Shown here in pieces: positions 1 through 9,076 of a stretch of 64,000 nt of DNA (its first letter is position 1; each line of letters begins with the position of its first letter). Below the pieces are notes generated by a model. It was not told where the DNA came from. It worked only from the letters and a program-made list of their open reading frames with translations, and did no database searches. The stretch lies in the IMG/VR virus record IMGVR_UViG_3300030105_001626, positions 1 through 64,000 of that record; one strand, given 5' to 3'. A program made the position numbers and the translations under genes. This stretch comes from a virus.

Positions 1-102
1 AAAATTGGCACTACAAGAGGCCGATTTAGTGAATGATAGAGGTCAAACTCGCAAACAGATGTCACCTCGTTATGAACAGTTGTGTTATACAGGAGAATAA
101 TT

Positions 103-258
103 ATGGAAAAAATAAGAAATAAAATAACAATGGCCATTGGCGTGATGTGTATCGCCGGTGCCTTTGTAAATGAACCAGTAAATGGTTACTTAATCCTATC
201 TGGTATGATACTCATATTCATGTCACTTATGGATATGTTTAAATGGATGGACGATTGA
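103..258 (+). CDS. small membrane protein (51 aa, two hydrophobic segments)
   Basis: Manual translation MEKIRNKITMAIGVMCIAGAFV...KWMDD*; AGGAGA RBS upstream; not in ORF track. Confidence 0.6.
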   Translation: MEKIRNKITMAIGVMCIAGAFVNEPVNGYLILSGMILIFMSLMDMFKWMDD

Positions 259-365
259 GAAACTTCTACATAGTTAATGTAGTGTTGTTTTTGATATCAC
301 TCTATTATATTGGATATATCGTAACAGATGGATTTACATTTCTGTTACCAAGTGTGATGCAGTAA
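243..365 (+). CDS. small membrane peptide (40 aa)
   Basis: Manual translation MDGRLRNFYIVNVVLFLISLYYIGYIV...; overlaps the previous ORF end and converges on 367..717. Confidence 0.45.
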   Translation: MDGRLRNFYIVNVVLFLISLYYIGYIVTDGFTFLLPSVMQ

Positions 366-366
366 A

Positions 367-717
367 TTACCAGTCTTCGGCTTTAGAATAACCTTCGAAG
401 TCATCCAAATCACGAACATCAGGAACATCTATAGCAAAGTCTTCTGCCTTAACGGCGATGCCTTGTTGTAGGAGTCTAGCGTGGGCCATTCGGTCTGGTT
501 GTTTGTGTTGCTCTCGCATCGATGCTGAGATTTTGTCCTTACCTGCCTGTGGCATTACTTGTACTTTCTTATAAGAACACTCTAGAGAGCAATAAGGACC
601 TTTCTTACGATGTGTCTCTTCACATATAGGACATTCTTTCTCTTTATATCTATCGGTTGGTCTTACCTTAGGCATTATTAAACACAAACGCAAATGTTTT
701 GTATGCGTACATACCAA
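367..717 (-). CDS. hypothetical protein with Cys-rich zinc-binding motif (true start probably MPKVRP)
   Basis: CPIC...YCSLEC motif. Confidence 0.6.
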   Translation of the reverse strand: MVCTHTKHLRLCLIMPKVRPTDRYKEKECPICEETHRKKGPYCSLECSYKKVQVMPQAGKDKISASMREQHKQPDRMAHARLLQQGIAVKAEDFAIDVPDVRDLDDFEGYSKAEDW

Positions 718-788
718 TGACCATAAATGGGAATATAGCTACAATCACTATTAATATTGTACTGTAAGCCACAATATCAACCACGGTT

Positions 789-995
789 TCAAGTGTTTTT
801 CTTAACAGTTTCCGAAACATCATCTATCTCCAATTGATATATTCTAGTTCTATAATCTTGTAATATGAAATTCAACTTCTTTCTTAGTTCAACATCAGTT
901 ATACCATTTAAATGGGTTCTCATGTCAACGACCATACTATCTACTAATCTATGAAATTTCATATATTGTTTATAATCTATTTTTGTTTTTGGCAT
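789..995 (-). CDS. hypothetical protein
   Basis: ORF track; tightly packed with neighbours. Confidence 0.6.
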   Translation of the reverse strand: MPKTKIDYKQYMKFHRLVDSMVVDMRTHLNGITDVELRKKLNFILQDYRTRIYQLEIDDVSETVKKNT

Positions 996-1012
996 TGTAT
1001 TGTCTCATATAA

Positions 1013-1231
1013 TTAATGTAATGTATTCCTATGACCCTGACCACGATTAATCATATCATCTATGACATCGATATATTGTCGGTCTTCAAATTCAAGTTGA
1101 GTGTAGTACTGGTGAATTTCTGTAATAAGGACGGAAACCATAGATGGTGAAGTGATATGTAAATTCTCATCTACATATTGTTCCAATAGGTTCATTTTGC
1201 TGTTGATAATATCTCTAATCTTGGTGTCCAT
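1013..1231 (-). CDS. hypothetical protein
   Basis: ORF track; overlaps upstream gene. Confidence 0.6.
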   Translation of the reverse strand: MDTKIRDIINSKMNLLEQYVDENLHITSPSMVSVLITEIHQYYTQLEFEDRQYIDVIDDMINRGQGHRNTLH

Positions 1232-1646
1232 AGAAGCCCGATTCTTTTAGAAATTGTTCTGTTATCTTCGGGTATAATTTACCCAAATTTTGGTCTTTCA
1301 CTGCTAATAAAACTTTTACTTCATCTACATGTATATCTTTTAGTAAATCAACAAAATGCATCTCACGTCTAAAGGATTCCATATTAGGATTCTCTTTTGT
1401 ATAGACATAGAGTTTCTTTATCTCTGCAGTCAATAGACCATTCAGACCAATATTATCGGGATTTGGTTCAAATGGTGGGTCGCCTTCTGGCAACAAAAAC
1501 TTATATTCTGGGTCAAACGCATACTTAAATAAAAGATTGAGTATTGGTTTCTTCTCTTCGTAATCTTTTATTTTAGATGTATCACTATTTATTTCATTTA
1601 AAATCTCTGGAATATATTTTCTCACGAAAACAACCAGATATAACAT
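1215..1646 (-). CDS. conserved T4-like phage hypothetical protein
   Basis: FDP..KFLLPEGDPPF, RRE.HF..LL..IH.DE...L..VKD pattern recurrent in T4-like phages. Confidence 0.7.
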   Translation of the reverse strand: MLYLVVFVRKYIPEILNEINSDTSKIKDYEEKKPILNLLFKYAFDPEYKFLLPEGDPPFEPNPDNIGLNGLLTAEIKKLYVYTKENPNMESFRREMHFVDLLKDIHVDEVKVLLAVKDQNLGKLYPKITEQFLKESGFYGHQD

Positions 1647-1843
1647 CCGATTGAATTCAGACCAATGAAATATATGTTCTGTAAGAATAGAGGTAAGTTC
1701 TGATACTTTACACTAAATTCATATGCTAATATTACATGAGCAACAACGAATAATGGAAAACAAAACTTATAGTAGGGTAATTGCAAGGCTAATGCCGTTG
1801 CACCTGTTACTAATAAGCCAGTTGAAATCCATTTAATATCCAT
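1622..1843 (-). CDS. small membrane protein
   Basis: Three hydrophobic segments. Confidence 0.6.
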   Translation of the reverse strand: MDIKWISTGLLVTGATALALQLPYYKFCFPLFVVAHVILAYEFSVKYQNLPLFLQNIYFIGLNSIGCYIWLFS

Positions 1844-2082
1844 TACTTGGACTGACGTTTAACTATATCAGCTTCTATTTTTTCTAGACGAGCTTTGACC
1901 CATTCATCTTCGTCTTTAAATTTTGTTAGAGTTTTCATTGAAGTTTGAATATGAAATAGTATCTCATACATTTTCTTCTTAGAACTCCAACCTTCTTCTG
2001 GATGGCCTGCATAAAAATCTAGGTCATCTAGATATTCCCATACTGCACCTTCTTGGTCACCTTTGTCAAATGGATTCATCAT
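1843..2082 (-). CDS. hypothetical protein
   Basis: ORF track; GGAGA RBS. Confidence 0.6.
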   Translation of the reverse strand: MMNPFDKGDQEGAVWEYLDDLDFYAGHPEEGWSSKKKMYEILFHIQTSMKTLTKFKDEDEWVKARLEKIEADIVKRQSK

Positions 2083-2094
2083 AATCTATTTCTC

Positions 2095-2352
2095 CTATCC
2101 TTCGCCTGTTACACGATGATATAATATTACAAACTCATCGTGAGTTGAAACTTCTTCTGCTAAGTTTTGATTGTGATATACTTTCGCCATCTTAGAAATA
2201 ACCTTTTTAGGTATCTCAAATTTTTCATGTAGATTGCTCACAATTTCTTTCATTAAATCTTTCTCAGCACCTGTTCTTAACATACAATTGCTTAACTCTT
2301 GCATTGCACCTGATATTTCTTTCTTATCTGCATCACTAATCGCTGCCATCAT
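2095..2352 (-). CDS. dsbA: T4-type double-stranded DNA-binding protein DsbA
   Basis: ELSNCMLR..AEKDLMKEI......F.IPKKVISKMAKVYH.QN..EE pattern; 85 aa. Confidence 0.75.
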   Translation of the reverse strand: MMAAISDADKKEISGAMQELSNCMLRTGAEKDLMKEIVSNLHEKFEIPKKVISKMAKVYHNQNLAEEVSTHDEFVILYHRVTGEG

Positions 2353-2494
2353 CTAACTCCTTGTTTGATTTCGAATGTTTAATCTTTCTGTTATACTTTG
2401 TCTTGTCTTTCTCAACCTTGTGACCAAATGGCGAATCTATACTAAACAATTCTATTGCTCTTCTAGTCCAAGGTTTAGGTTTCTGAGGTATCAT
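2336..2494 (-). CDS. small basic protein, ArfA-like motif (52 aa)
   Basis: Manual translation MIPQKPKPWTRRAIELFSIDSPFGHKVEKDKTKYNRKIKHSKSNKELDDGSD; ATGA overlap with upstream stop. Confidence 0.6.
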   Translation of the reverse strand: MIPQKPKPWTRRAIELFSIDSPFGHKVEKDKTKYNRKIKHSKSNKELDDGSD

Positions 2495-2769
2495 TGAATG
2501 TCTTCATCATATGGGTCTTCGCCTTCATTATCATCAGACCAACCTCTAGACCAATCAGGAGAGTCATTGAGCCAACCAAATATCTTTTCGTATGCATCGT
2601 GTTCGCTTGATGCTAACACTCTAAACACGGCATCACCATCTACAAATTTAAGTTGAAATGGCATATTCTTTGGTAATTGAAAAGGCTTCTCGATGCTTAC
2701 TTCTATGTCAAAGTATTTCATCGCCTTAATTTTATCAATTGCTTCTGTTACTTGCCAATCGCCTATCAT
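2491..2769 (-). CDS. hypothetical protein
   Basis: ORF track; ATGA coupling. Confidence 0.6.
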   Translation of the reverse strand: MIGDWQVTEAIDKIKAMKYFDIEVSIEKPFQLPKNMPFQLKFVDGDAVFRVLASSEHDAYEKIFGWLNDSPDWSRGWSDDNEGEDPYDEDIQ

Positions 2770-3005
2770 TCTGATTCTGGCTCTATTGGTGTAACTGATG
2801 ATATAAATTCATCAACCTGTTCATCAATCGTTTCAGTTCTATTAAGATTCACTATACCACCTACAACCTTATCTGTAAAACTTGGTTTATCTGCAATGTC
2901 TTTTTCGTCTAATGACCATATTACAGATAGCATTATAACAAAGGCCACTAATAATAGAGGCAATCTTTGTTTCTTGATGTGTTTAATAATCTGGCGCTTA
3001 TTCAT
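2766..3005 (-). CDS. membrane-anchored hypothetical protein
   Basis: Basic N-terminus followed by a TM helix. Confidence 0.6.
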   Translation of the reverse strand: MNKRQIIKHIKKQRLPLLLVAFVIMLSVIWSLDEKDIADKPSFTDKVVGGIVNLNRTETIDEQVDEFISSVTPIEPESE

Positions 3006-3144
3006 TGATAAGAAGTGATACTTGATTAGGTTGGGGTGTGTAGGGTACGACCAGGCTTATTTCTGATGCCTGTGTATCTGCATGATAATGCTCTTCTATT
3101 GTTTCATAGAAAAACATAAATGTGTAAAGTATAACATAGTCCAT
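2998..3144 (-). CDS. hypothetical protein (48 aa)
   Basis: Manual translation MDYVILYTFMFFYETIEEHY...; GGAG RBS. Confidence 0.45.
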   Translation of the reverse strand: MDYVILYTFMFFYETIEEHYHADTQASEISLVVPYTPQPNQVSLLINE

Positions 3145-3173
3145 AATAACTCCATAATATAAATTAAAATTGC

Positions 3174-3323
3174 TTATTCAGATGAAAAAGCTTCAATCAT
3201 TCTTCTGTTTTTTTCTTTAGTTTCTTTTGTTGCTAACATCTCAGCTTCTTGTTGTTGCTGTTCAAGATTTTGTTGTTGGTTTTCAGCCGCAGCACGGTCA
3301 TCTTGTTGTTGTGTATCAGTCAT
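3174..3323 (-). CDS. Gln-rich hypothetical protein (49 aa)
   Basis: Manual translation MTDTQQQDDRAAAENQQQNLEQQQQEAEM...; AAGGA RBS. Confidence 0.5.
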   Translation of the reverse strand: MTDTQQQDDRAAAENQQQNLEQQQQEAEMLATKETKEKNRRMIEAFSSE

Positions 3324-3386
3324 TTTACCATTCCTTTTGGGATTAGATTAGAAATAAATGCCTTTTGAGCAATTCTATTTATGCCT

Positions 3387-3569
3387 TTATTCCGTCCCAG
3401 GTATTCTTTGTTTAGTCTGAGTCAAATGATATCGATATCTTTTCAAATAACTTAACGCTCTTTTTGGTTCGTGTATTGGATTTGGTAAAGGACCAAACAA
3501 TCTGTCCATGTCTTCTACTATCTCTTGAGCTTCTTCATCAGGTATGTGGTCTTCACCTAAAACTATCAA
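3387..3569 (-). CDS. hypothetical protein
   Basis: ORF track; FG.LPNP.HEPK motif seen in T4-like small proteins. Confidence 0.6.
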   Translation of the reverse strand: MIVLGEDHIPDEEAQEIVEDMDRLFGPLPNPIHEPKRALSYLKRYRYHLTQTKQRIPGTE

Positions 3570-3802
3570 ATGAAAGTTCTCACTACTCCATATCCATATA
3601 ATACCGCCATCATTACATTTATTATGATAACACTTGGTTCACGCCAGAGACTTCCGATGTAAATCCAACCGATACCTGCTACAGTACCTAACCAGACATT
3701 TAGTGGGAACATTTCTAATGCAGATGCTAATGCACAACCGCAGGCAGCTATCGTAGATAACCACTTAACCCAAAATGCAAATGTTGATTGATTTGATATC
3801 AT
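3566..3802 (-). CDS. small membrane protein
   Basis: KW.ST...FPLN...G..GW...G..WRE.S...IN pattern; three TM segments. Confidence 0.65.
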   Translation of the reverse strand: MISNQSTFAFWVKWLSTIAACGCALASALEMFPLNVWLGTVAGIGWIYIGSLWREPSVIIINVMMAVLYGYGVVRTFI

Positions 3803-3820
3803 ATTACAAGGAGTATAACA

Positions 3821-4075
3821 CTATTTTGAGTGTTTTTGAGGCGAACTTTGGAGGCCGTAGGTGGATGGGTCTTGATGTAGAACCCAATTGACATAATCAA
3901 CAGCTAAATCTTCATCTTTAAAGTATTTTGTGATTACTTGCCCTGACAATATAGAGCCAACGAAGATAAGTATATTGCCTTTATAGTTAGAAAACTTAAT
4001 CCACCAATAATGTTTTACTATTGGCTTATATGTTCTCAATGAGATTTCAATATCTCTCTTGATATCTTCATTCAT
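3821..4075 (-). CDS. hypothetical protein
   Basis: ORF track. Confidence 0.55.
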   Translation of the reverse strand: MNEDIKRDIEISLRTYKPIVKHYWWIKFSNYKGNILIFVGSILSGQVITKYFKDEDLAVDYVNWVLHQDPSTYGLQSSPQKHSK

Positions 4076-4111
4076 TATAACACTATATCTAGTATGAGTT
4101 GGGCAAACATG

Positions 4112-4582
4112 CTACTTTCTTGGTGAACTTCGGCTATATCCATTGGATTTAGGTGATGAGTTATTATAAGTAATGGTGTCCGGTTTTGATATAAGATTAT
4201 CTTTCCTTATTCGACAAGTGACCCAATCATTATAGTATTCGTGTGTAACTAGAGCATCTCGTGTAAATATCTCGTACGTCTCGAAATAAGATAGTTCTGA
4301 ACGAGTCTTACATAGATGTAGAATTTCTCTCGTAAAATGTTTCTTACCAGCCTTCTGTACATCTTCTTTGATTACTTTGTTTGAACCCCAATATTCTTCC
4401 CAATCAGACTTCACTCTAATTTTTTTCTTCTTACCTTTTACTTGTTTTCTAGAAGCCTTGGTAAAAAACTTCTTACCTACATACTTTCTATTATTCTGTA
4501 AGTTGGTGATTAGGTAAACTATCCCAAAATACTCACCAACATTTTCTTCAGTAAATTCTTTACCTCTAAATGTCCAATTCAA
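4112..4582 (-). CDS. GIY-YIG family endonuclease
   Basis: GIVYLITN...RKYVGKK, YWGS, FTREIL, YYN motifs. Confidence 0.8.
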   Translation of the reverse strand: MNWTFRGKEFTEENVGEYFGIVYLITNLQNNRKYVGKKFFTKASRKQVKGKKKKIRVKSDWEEYWGSNKVIKEDVQKAGKKHFTREILHLCKTRSELSYFETYEIFTRDALVTHEYYNDWVTCRIRKDNLISKPDTITYNNSSPKSNGYSRSSPRK

Positions 4583-4598
4583 TATAGATTCAACCTTT

Positions 4599-4769
4599 CT
4601 AATAAGTTACGTTAGGATTATATGGTGCATCATTTTTATTTATGGGCTTTATAGCTAAGTATTCACCACAGAATGGGCAATAAGTAGGTTCATCGTCAGC
4701 TGTCTCTTCACTGTAACTTACTACAAATTCAGATTGACAACTACTACAAGTGTGGTCTAATGTCTTCAC
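4599..4769 (-). CDS. zinc-ribbon protein (56 aa, GTG start)
   Basis: Manual translation with CSSC...YCPFCG; AAGGA RBS; not in ORF track. Confidence 0.7.
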   Translation of the reverse strand: MKTLDHTCSSCQSEFVVSYSEETADDEPTYCPFCGEYLAIKPINKNDAPYNPNVTY

Positions 4770-4800
4770 TTTTTATTTCCTTTATATTCAACAATTCAAA

Positions 4801-5217
4801 TTATACTGCAACAACTGGAATAGATATTTCCCTTTGTGACTTTTTCTTTTCATAATCAGCCAAGGCACCTTTAATGGCATCTTCAGCTAAAACTGAACAA
4901 TGTATTTTAACTGGCGGCAAAGCTAGTTCTTCTACTATGTCCATATTTTTAATTTCTTGAGCTTGCTCAACAGATTTACCCTTGAGCCAAGTTGTAACAA
5001 GACTACTTGAAGCTATAGCTGAACCACATCCGTATGTTTTGAATTTAGCATCTTCTATAATTCCAGTGTCTTCATTAATTTTTATTTGGAGTTTCATTAC
5101 ATCACCACAAGCAGGAGCGCCAACCATACCAGTTCCTACTGTCGGGTCATTTTTGTCCATTGAGCCCACGTTTCTAGGATTCTCATAATGGTCTAATACA
5201 CCTTTACTATAAGCCAT
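4801..5217 (-). CDS. iscU: Fe-S cluster scaffold IscU
   Basis: DHYENPRNVG, GAPACGDVMKLQI, FKTYGCGSAIASSS, LPPVKIHCS motifs. Confidence 0.97.
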   Translation of the reverse strand: MAYSKGVLDHYENPRNVGSMDKNDPTVGTGMVGAPACGDVMKLQIKINEDTGIIEDAKFKTYGCGSAIASSSLVTTWLKGKSVEQAQEIKNMDIVEELALPPVKIHCSVLAEDAIKGALADYEKKKSQREISIPVVAV

Positions 5218-5218
5218 T

Positions 5219-5278
5219 TTACTTCTCCTTTTTTCTCCGTGTCTTTCTCTTTGTAACTGTTTTTTTTCTTCTAGGCAT
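5219..5278 (-). CDS. putative 19-aa Arg/Lys-rich peptide
   Basis: MPRRKKTVTKRKTRRKKEK*; ATG overlaps the erpA stop (TAATG) and the ORF ends 1 nt before the iscU ATG. Confidence 0.35.
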   Translation of the reverse strand: MPRRKKTVTKRKTRRKKEK

Positions 5279-5610
5279 TATACTGCGAAACTACTTCCGC
5301 ATCCACATGAAGATTTAGCAACTGGATTTGATATCTGAAATTGTTCTGCCATTAGAGTTTTAGTATAAGCAACTGTTGAACCTTCTAGATATTGACTAGA
5401 GTGTGCATCGACAATAACTTTTAGTTCTGTGCCTTCTAAATCTAATACAGTAGCATCTTCTTCAATCTTGGATTCCCATGTAAATCCATATTGAAACCCT
5501 GAGCATCCGCCACCCTGTACATACATTCTGAGACCTTTTATATCGGCATCGGTTTCATCCGTATATAGGTCCATAATCTTGTCAATAGCGGACTGTTCAA
5601 TGGTTATCAT
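5278..5610 (-). CDS. erpA: A-type Fe-S carrier (ErpA/IscA, HesB family)
   Basis: LRMYVQGGGCSGFQYGF and NP.AKSSCGCGSSF motifs. Confidence 0.93.
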   Translation of the reverse strand: MITIEQSAIDKIMDLYTDETDADIKGLRMYVQGGGCSGFQYGFTWESKIEEDATVLDLEGTELKVIVDAHSSQYLEGSTVAYTKTLMAEQFQISNPVAKSSCGCGSSFAV

Positions 5611-5613
5611 TTT

Positions 5614-5814
5614 TTATTTCTTTGATTTCTTTGCTTGTTCTTTTGTATATAATGTCCAAGCACCATAAACGATAGCGCCAACTGCCGCTACTGATACTAA
5701 TGCATGTGACATTAGAGCAAGAGTGCCAAGTACAATCAAAGCAACTCCGTCCCATGAAGTTCTTTCAGCCCAACGTGCAAGAAGCCAAGCTTTTATAACG
5801 TTTAAATCTAACAT
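5614..5814 (-). CDS. small membrane protein (start reassigned from 5994 to MLDLNV)
   Basis: ERTSWDG..LI...YGAWTL motif; AAGGA RBS before 5814; the longer ORF overlaps nrdB. Confidence 0.65.
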   Translation of the reverse strand: MLDLNVIKAWLLARWAERTSWDGVALIVLGTLALMSHALVSVAAVGAIVYGAWTLYTKEQAKKSKK

Positions 5815-5866
5815 AATATTTTCCTTATTTTGATTATAGCGGTAAGCTATTTTATTGTTTTTAACT

Positions 5867-6892
5867 TTAGGTTGCAACTTTCTCATGTTTCTTATCCTCG
5901 GGGTTTCCCCATACATCCTCCCATGAACCTGACAGAGCGCCTTTAGCGTAATCTGTTGCACGATTCTCGAAGAAGTTAGTGTGTGTTGGAGCATTAACCA
6001 TCTCTTCTACCCAAGGCAATGGATTCTTTTTAACTTTATACACGCCTCGAAGTCCTAATGATATCAGCCTTCTATCACAAATATAACGAATATAGTGCTT
6101 AACTTGTGCTGCAGTTAAATCAGGCATATCGCCCATTTCAAATGCTAAATCAATAAATTTATCTTCCAACTCAACCATTTTTTCTGCAATTGAATAAATT
6201 CGAGATTTAAGTGTATCATTCCAAATCTCTTTGTTCTCCTCTATATAGGTTCTGAATAACTTAATCATTGATTCAGTATGCATTGTTTCATCAACAATAG
6301 ACCATGTTATAATCTGTCCCATACCTTTCATCATGCCATGGCGAGGGAAGTTTAGTAACATAATGAATGATGAGAATAATTGCATACCTTCAGTAAATGC
6401 AGAGAAAACTGCAATGTGTGTAGCTGTAGACTGTTTATCGCCGTTACGACTACTAATATCTTTTACATAATCATGTTTATTCTTCATCGACTCATATTCT
6501 AGAAATTCACCATATGTTGAATCAGGCATTCCTAATGTTTCAATTAAATGTGAGTAAGCTGCAATGTGAAGTGCTTCACGAGCGGCAAATCCCATTAACA
6601 TCATTCGAACTTCTGGTTGTGGAAAATATGGTAAATAGTTGTTTACATAACCACCGGCAACATCTACATCACCTTGTGTGAAGAATCTAAAGATGTTTGT
6701 GAGAAAATGTTTTTGTGGTTGAGTCAATACTCGTTGCCAATCTTTTACATCTTCTGCCATAGGAACTTCAGTGTGTAGCCAATGACTTTGCTCATGTTTT
6801 AACCATGCGTTATAGGCCCATGGATAATTAAATGGTTTAAAACTATTTCTGTCTTCCATTAGATTCGAATCTTTTGCCATTATTTTGCCCAT
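5867..6892 (-). CDS. nrdB: class Ia ribonucleotide reductase beta subunit
   Basis: FFTQGD, EALHIAAYS (radical Tyr), EGMQLFSSF, DETMH, NFFE motifs. Confidence 0.97.
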   Translation of the reverse strand: MGKIMAKDSNLMEDRNSFKPFNYPWAYNAWLKHEQSHWLHTEVPMAEDVKDWQRVLTQPQKHFLTNIFRFFTQGDVDVAGGYVNNYLPYFPQPEVRMMLMGFAAREALHIAAYSHLIETLGMPDSTYGEFLEYESMKNKHDYVKDISSRNGDKQSTATHIAVFSAFTEGMQLFSSFIMLLNFPRHGMMKGMGQIITWSIVDETMHTESMIKLFRTYIEENKEIWNDTLKSRIYSIAEKMVELEDKFIDLAFEMGDMPDLTAAQVKHYIRYICDRRLISLGLRGVYKVKKNPLPWVEEMVNAPTHTNFFENRATDYAKGALSGSWEDVWGNPEDKKHEKVAT

Positions 6893-7125
6893 TCCTCTAT
6901 TTGTTTAGTTGATAAAATACCTGTGCTTCTTTTTACTTCTGTTTCACCATCTAACATTAATAGAGTTGGTACAGAACGAACTTTCCATTTCATTGCTAAA
7001 TCATCGTCATCATCATCAATATCAATAACCTGTAAAGGCATATCAAACTTGGCTGAATTTAAATTCATTTCTAATCCCTTACATGGTTGACACCAAGTGG
7101 CTGTAAATCTTAATATCTTTTTCAT
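6880..7125 (-). CDS. thioredoxin
   Basis: WCQPC active site and VPT cis-Pro loop; lies between nrdA and nrdB. Confidence 0.92.
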   Translation of the reverse strand: MKKILRFTATWCQPCKGLEMNLNSAKFDMPLQVIDIDDDDDDLAMKWKVRSVPTLLMLDGETEVKRSTGILSTKQIEEWAK

Positions 7126-7137
7126 TGTTATCCTATT

Positions 7138-8934
7138 CTATTCGCAGGCGATACAAATACCGTCATCTTCTGCCATTTTTGTTAAGTCCAGTTCTTGAAT
7201 TACCTGTCGTTCAATTTTTCTTGCCACTTTATCAGCCTTACCAATTTTCTCTGAACGACAATAGTACATCGTTTTAAGTCCACCTTTCCACGCTAAGTAA
7301 TGTATTGCATGTACATATTTAATATTAGCATCTGGTCTAAAGAATACATTCAATGATTGTGCTTGGTCAATCCAGTCTTGTCTATCAACTGCATGTTGAA
7401 TTAACCATCGTTGGTCAATTTCCATTGATGTTTTAAATATATCTCTTTCCCAATCTGACAACTTATCTAAATGTTGTACACTACCGTCATTAGCAATGAT
7501 TGATGACCAAATCTCATCATAATCCATTTTACTATCTGTTTTACATTTATCTTTTATTATTTTATCTAAAAACTTATTCTTATGTAAATGTGAACCAGAC
7601 AATGTATCTTGTCTATAAGCATTTGCACGATATGGTTCTATACTTGGTGAAGTATTGCCCATGATAATAGATGATGAGGCATTTGGTGCTATTGCCATAA
7701 GATGTGAGAATCTTTGACCTGAACCTTCTGCATCTGGAGCTTCACCTCTTGCTTTACCAAGTTCTTGATTAGCTGTATCTAAAGATGTTCTTATGTGTTT
7801 AAATATTTGTTTGTTTTTACTCACGGCCAATGCCGATTCCCATGGAATATTCTTCTTCTGAAGATGAGCGTGCCAACCTAATGCACCAATACCAATACTT
7901 CTTTCACGAGAGGCTGAGAATGCCGCTCTTGCAACAGCTTCTGGTGCATTTTGAATAAAGTATTGTAATACATTATCTAACATCTCAGCAATATCTTTTA
8001 AGAATGAATCATTCTTTTTCCACGCATCATAGTATTCTAAATTTACAGAAGATAAACAACACACGGCTGTTCTATTTTCATCTGTTGGTAAAATAATCTC
8101 TGAACATAGATTCGATTGTTTAATAGATAAACCTAAATCTTTTTGAAACTGTGGCATCTTATCATTAGATATGTCAATGAAATGTAAATAAGGTTCGCCT
8201 GTTTGCATACGAATTTCTAGAATTCTTTGCCATAAGTCTTTAGCTGAAACAACTTCTTTAATCAAACCACTGTTCGGGTCTTTCAATTGCCATGAATCGT
8301 CAGCATCGCCATCTATCATGCTTCTTTCAATAATCTGCATGAAGTCATTTGTAATATTGATGCCATGATGTAGATTCAGACATCTCATGTTCTGGTCACC
8401 TGTAGGTCTTCTCATTTCTAGAAACATCATGATATCAGGATGAGATATATCTAGATACGCTGCATAGGAACCTCTCCTTGTTCGTCCTTGACGGTATGCC
8501 AATGAGGATGCATCATATGTGCGTAAGTGAGGCATTACACCAACAGATTTATCGTCTGATGAACGAATACCAACACCAATGCCGACACCGCCGCCTAGCA
8601 TAGACAGGGAGTTTACTTCTGAGAGTGTTGAGATTAAACCTTCTGATGAATCATCTAGATAAGGTAGAAAACACGATATCGGTAAGCCACGTTTAGAGCG
8701 ACCATACGATAATATAGGAGTTGAATAAGATAACCAATGTTGACTTGCATAGTCATATAATCTTTGTGCATGTTCTTTATTTGAGCCAAACACACTCGAC
8801 ACATATGCGAATCGTTCTTGAGGACTATCTTCTTCCTCCTTCATATAACTTTCTTTTAATCTCTTGAGACCTAACTGGTCAAATAGGGAATCTTTTGTAA
8901 AATCAACTTTAATACCATGAACTATGTTGTCCAT
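7138..8934 (-). CDS. nrdA: class Ia ribonucleotide reductase alpha subunit, short form without N-terminal ATP-cone
   Basis: PISCF, GEPY, SNLCSE, AIAPNASS, KTMYY and C-terminal CIACE motifs; 598 aa. Confidence 0.97.
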   Translation of the reverse strand: MDNIVHGIKVDFTKDSLFDQLGLKRLKESYMKEEEDSPQERFAYVSSVFGSNKEHAQRLYDYASQHWLSYSTPILSYGRSKRGLPISCFLPYLDDSSEGLISTLSEVNSLSMLGGGVGIGVGIRSSDDKSVGVMPHLRTYDASSLAYRQGRTRRGSYAAYLDISHPDIMMFLEMRRPTGDQNMRCLNLHHGINITNDFMQIIERSMIDGDADDSWQLKDPNSGLIKEVVSAKDLWQRILEIRMQTGEPYLHFIDISNDKMPQFQKDLGLSIKQSNLCSEIILPTDENRTAVCCLSSVNLEYYDAWKKNDSFLKDIAEMLDNVLQYFIQNAPEAVARAAFSASRERSIGIGALGWHAHLQKKNIPWESALAVSKNKQIFKHIRTSLDTANQELGKARGEAPDAEGSGQRFSHLMAIAPNASSSIIMGNTSPSIEPYRANAYRQDTLSGSHLHKNKFLDKIIKDKCKTDSKMDYDEIWSSIIANDGSVQHLDKLSDWERDIFKTSMEIDQRWLIQHAVDRQDWIDQAQSLNVFFRPDANIKYVHAIHYLAWKGGLKTMYYCRSEKIGKADKVARKIERQVIQELDLTKMAEDDGICIACE

Positions 8935-9076
8935 TCATATACTCCAAATAAATTACTTTAAATAAAAAACACTGGGAAATAACTTTACAAACATGAGCCT
9001 TTTTGGTGTTAGCATGAAAATGGCGACTGGCCAATCCGTGTTAGATTACACACTGATTTTTTTTATTAACTTGATA

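Noticed and set aside
5815-5994. N-terminal extension of ORF 5614..5994
   Set aside because: Overlaps nrdB out of frame; a good RBS precedes the ATG at 5814
8935-9076. Regulatory RNA or small ORF in the nrdA leader
   Set aside because: No convincing stable structure or recognisable motif; the 20-codon ORF lacks an RBS
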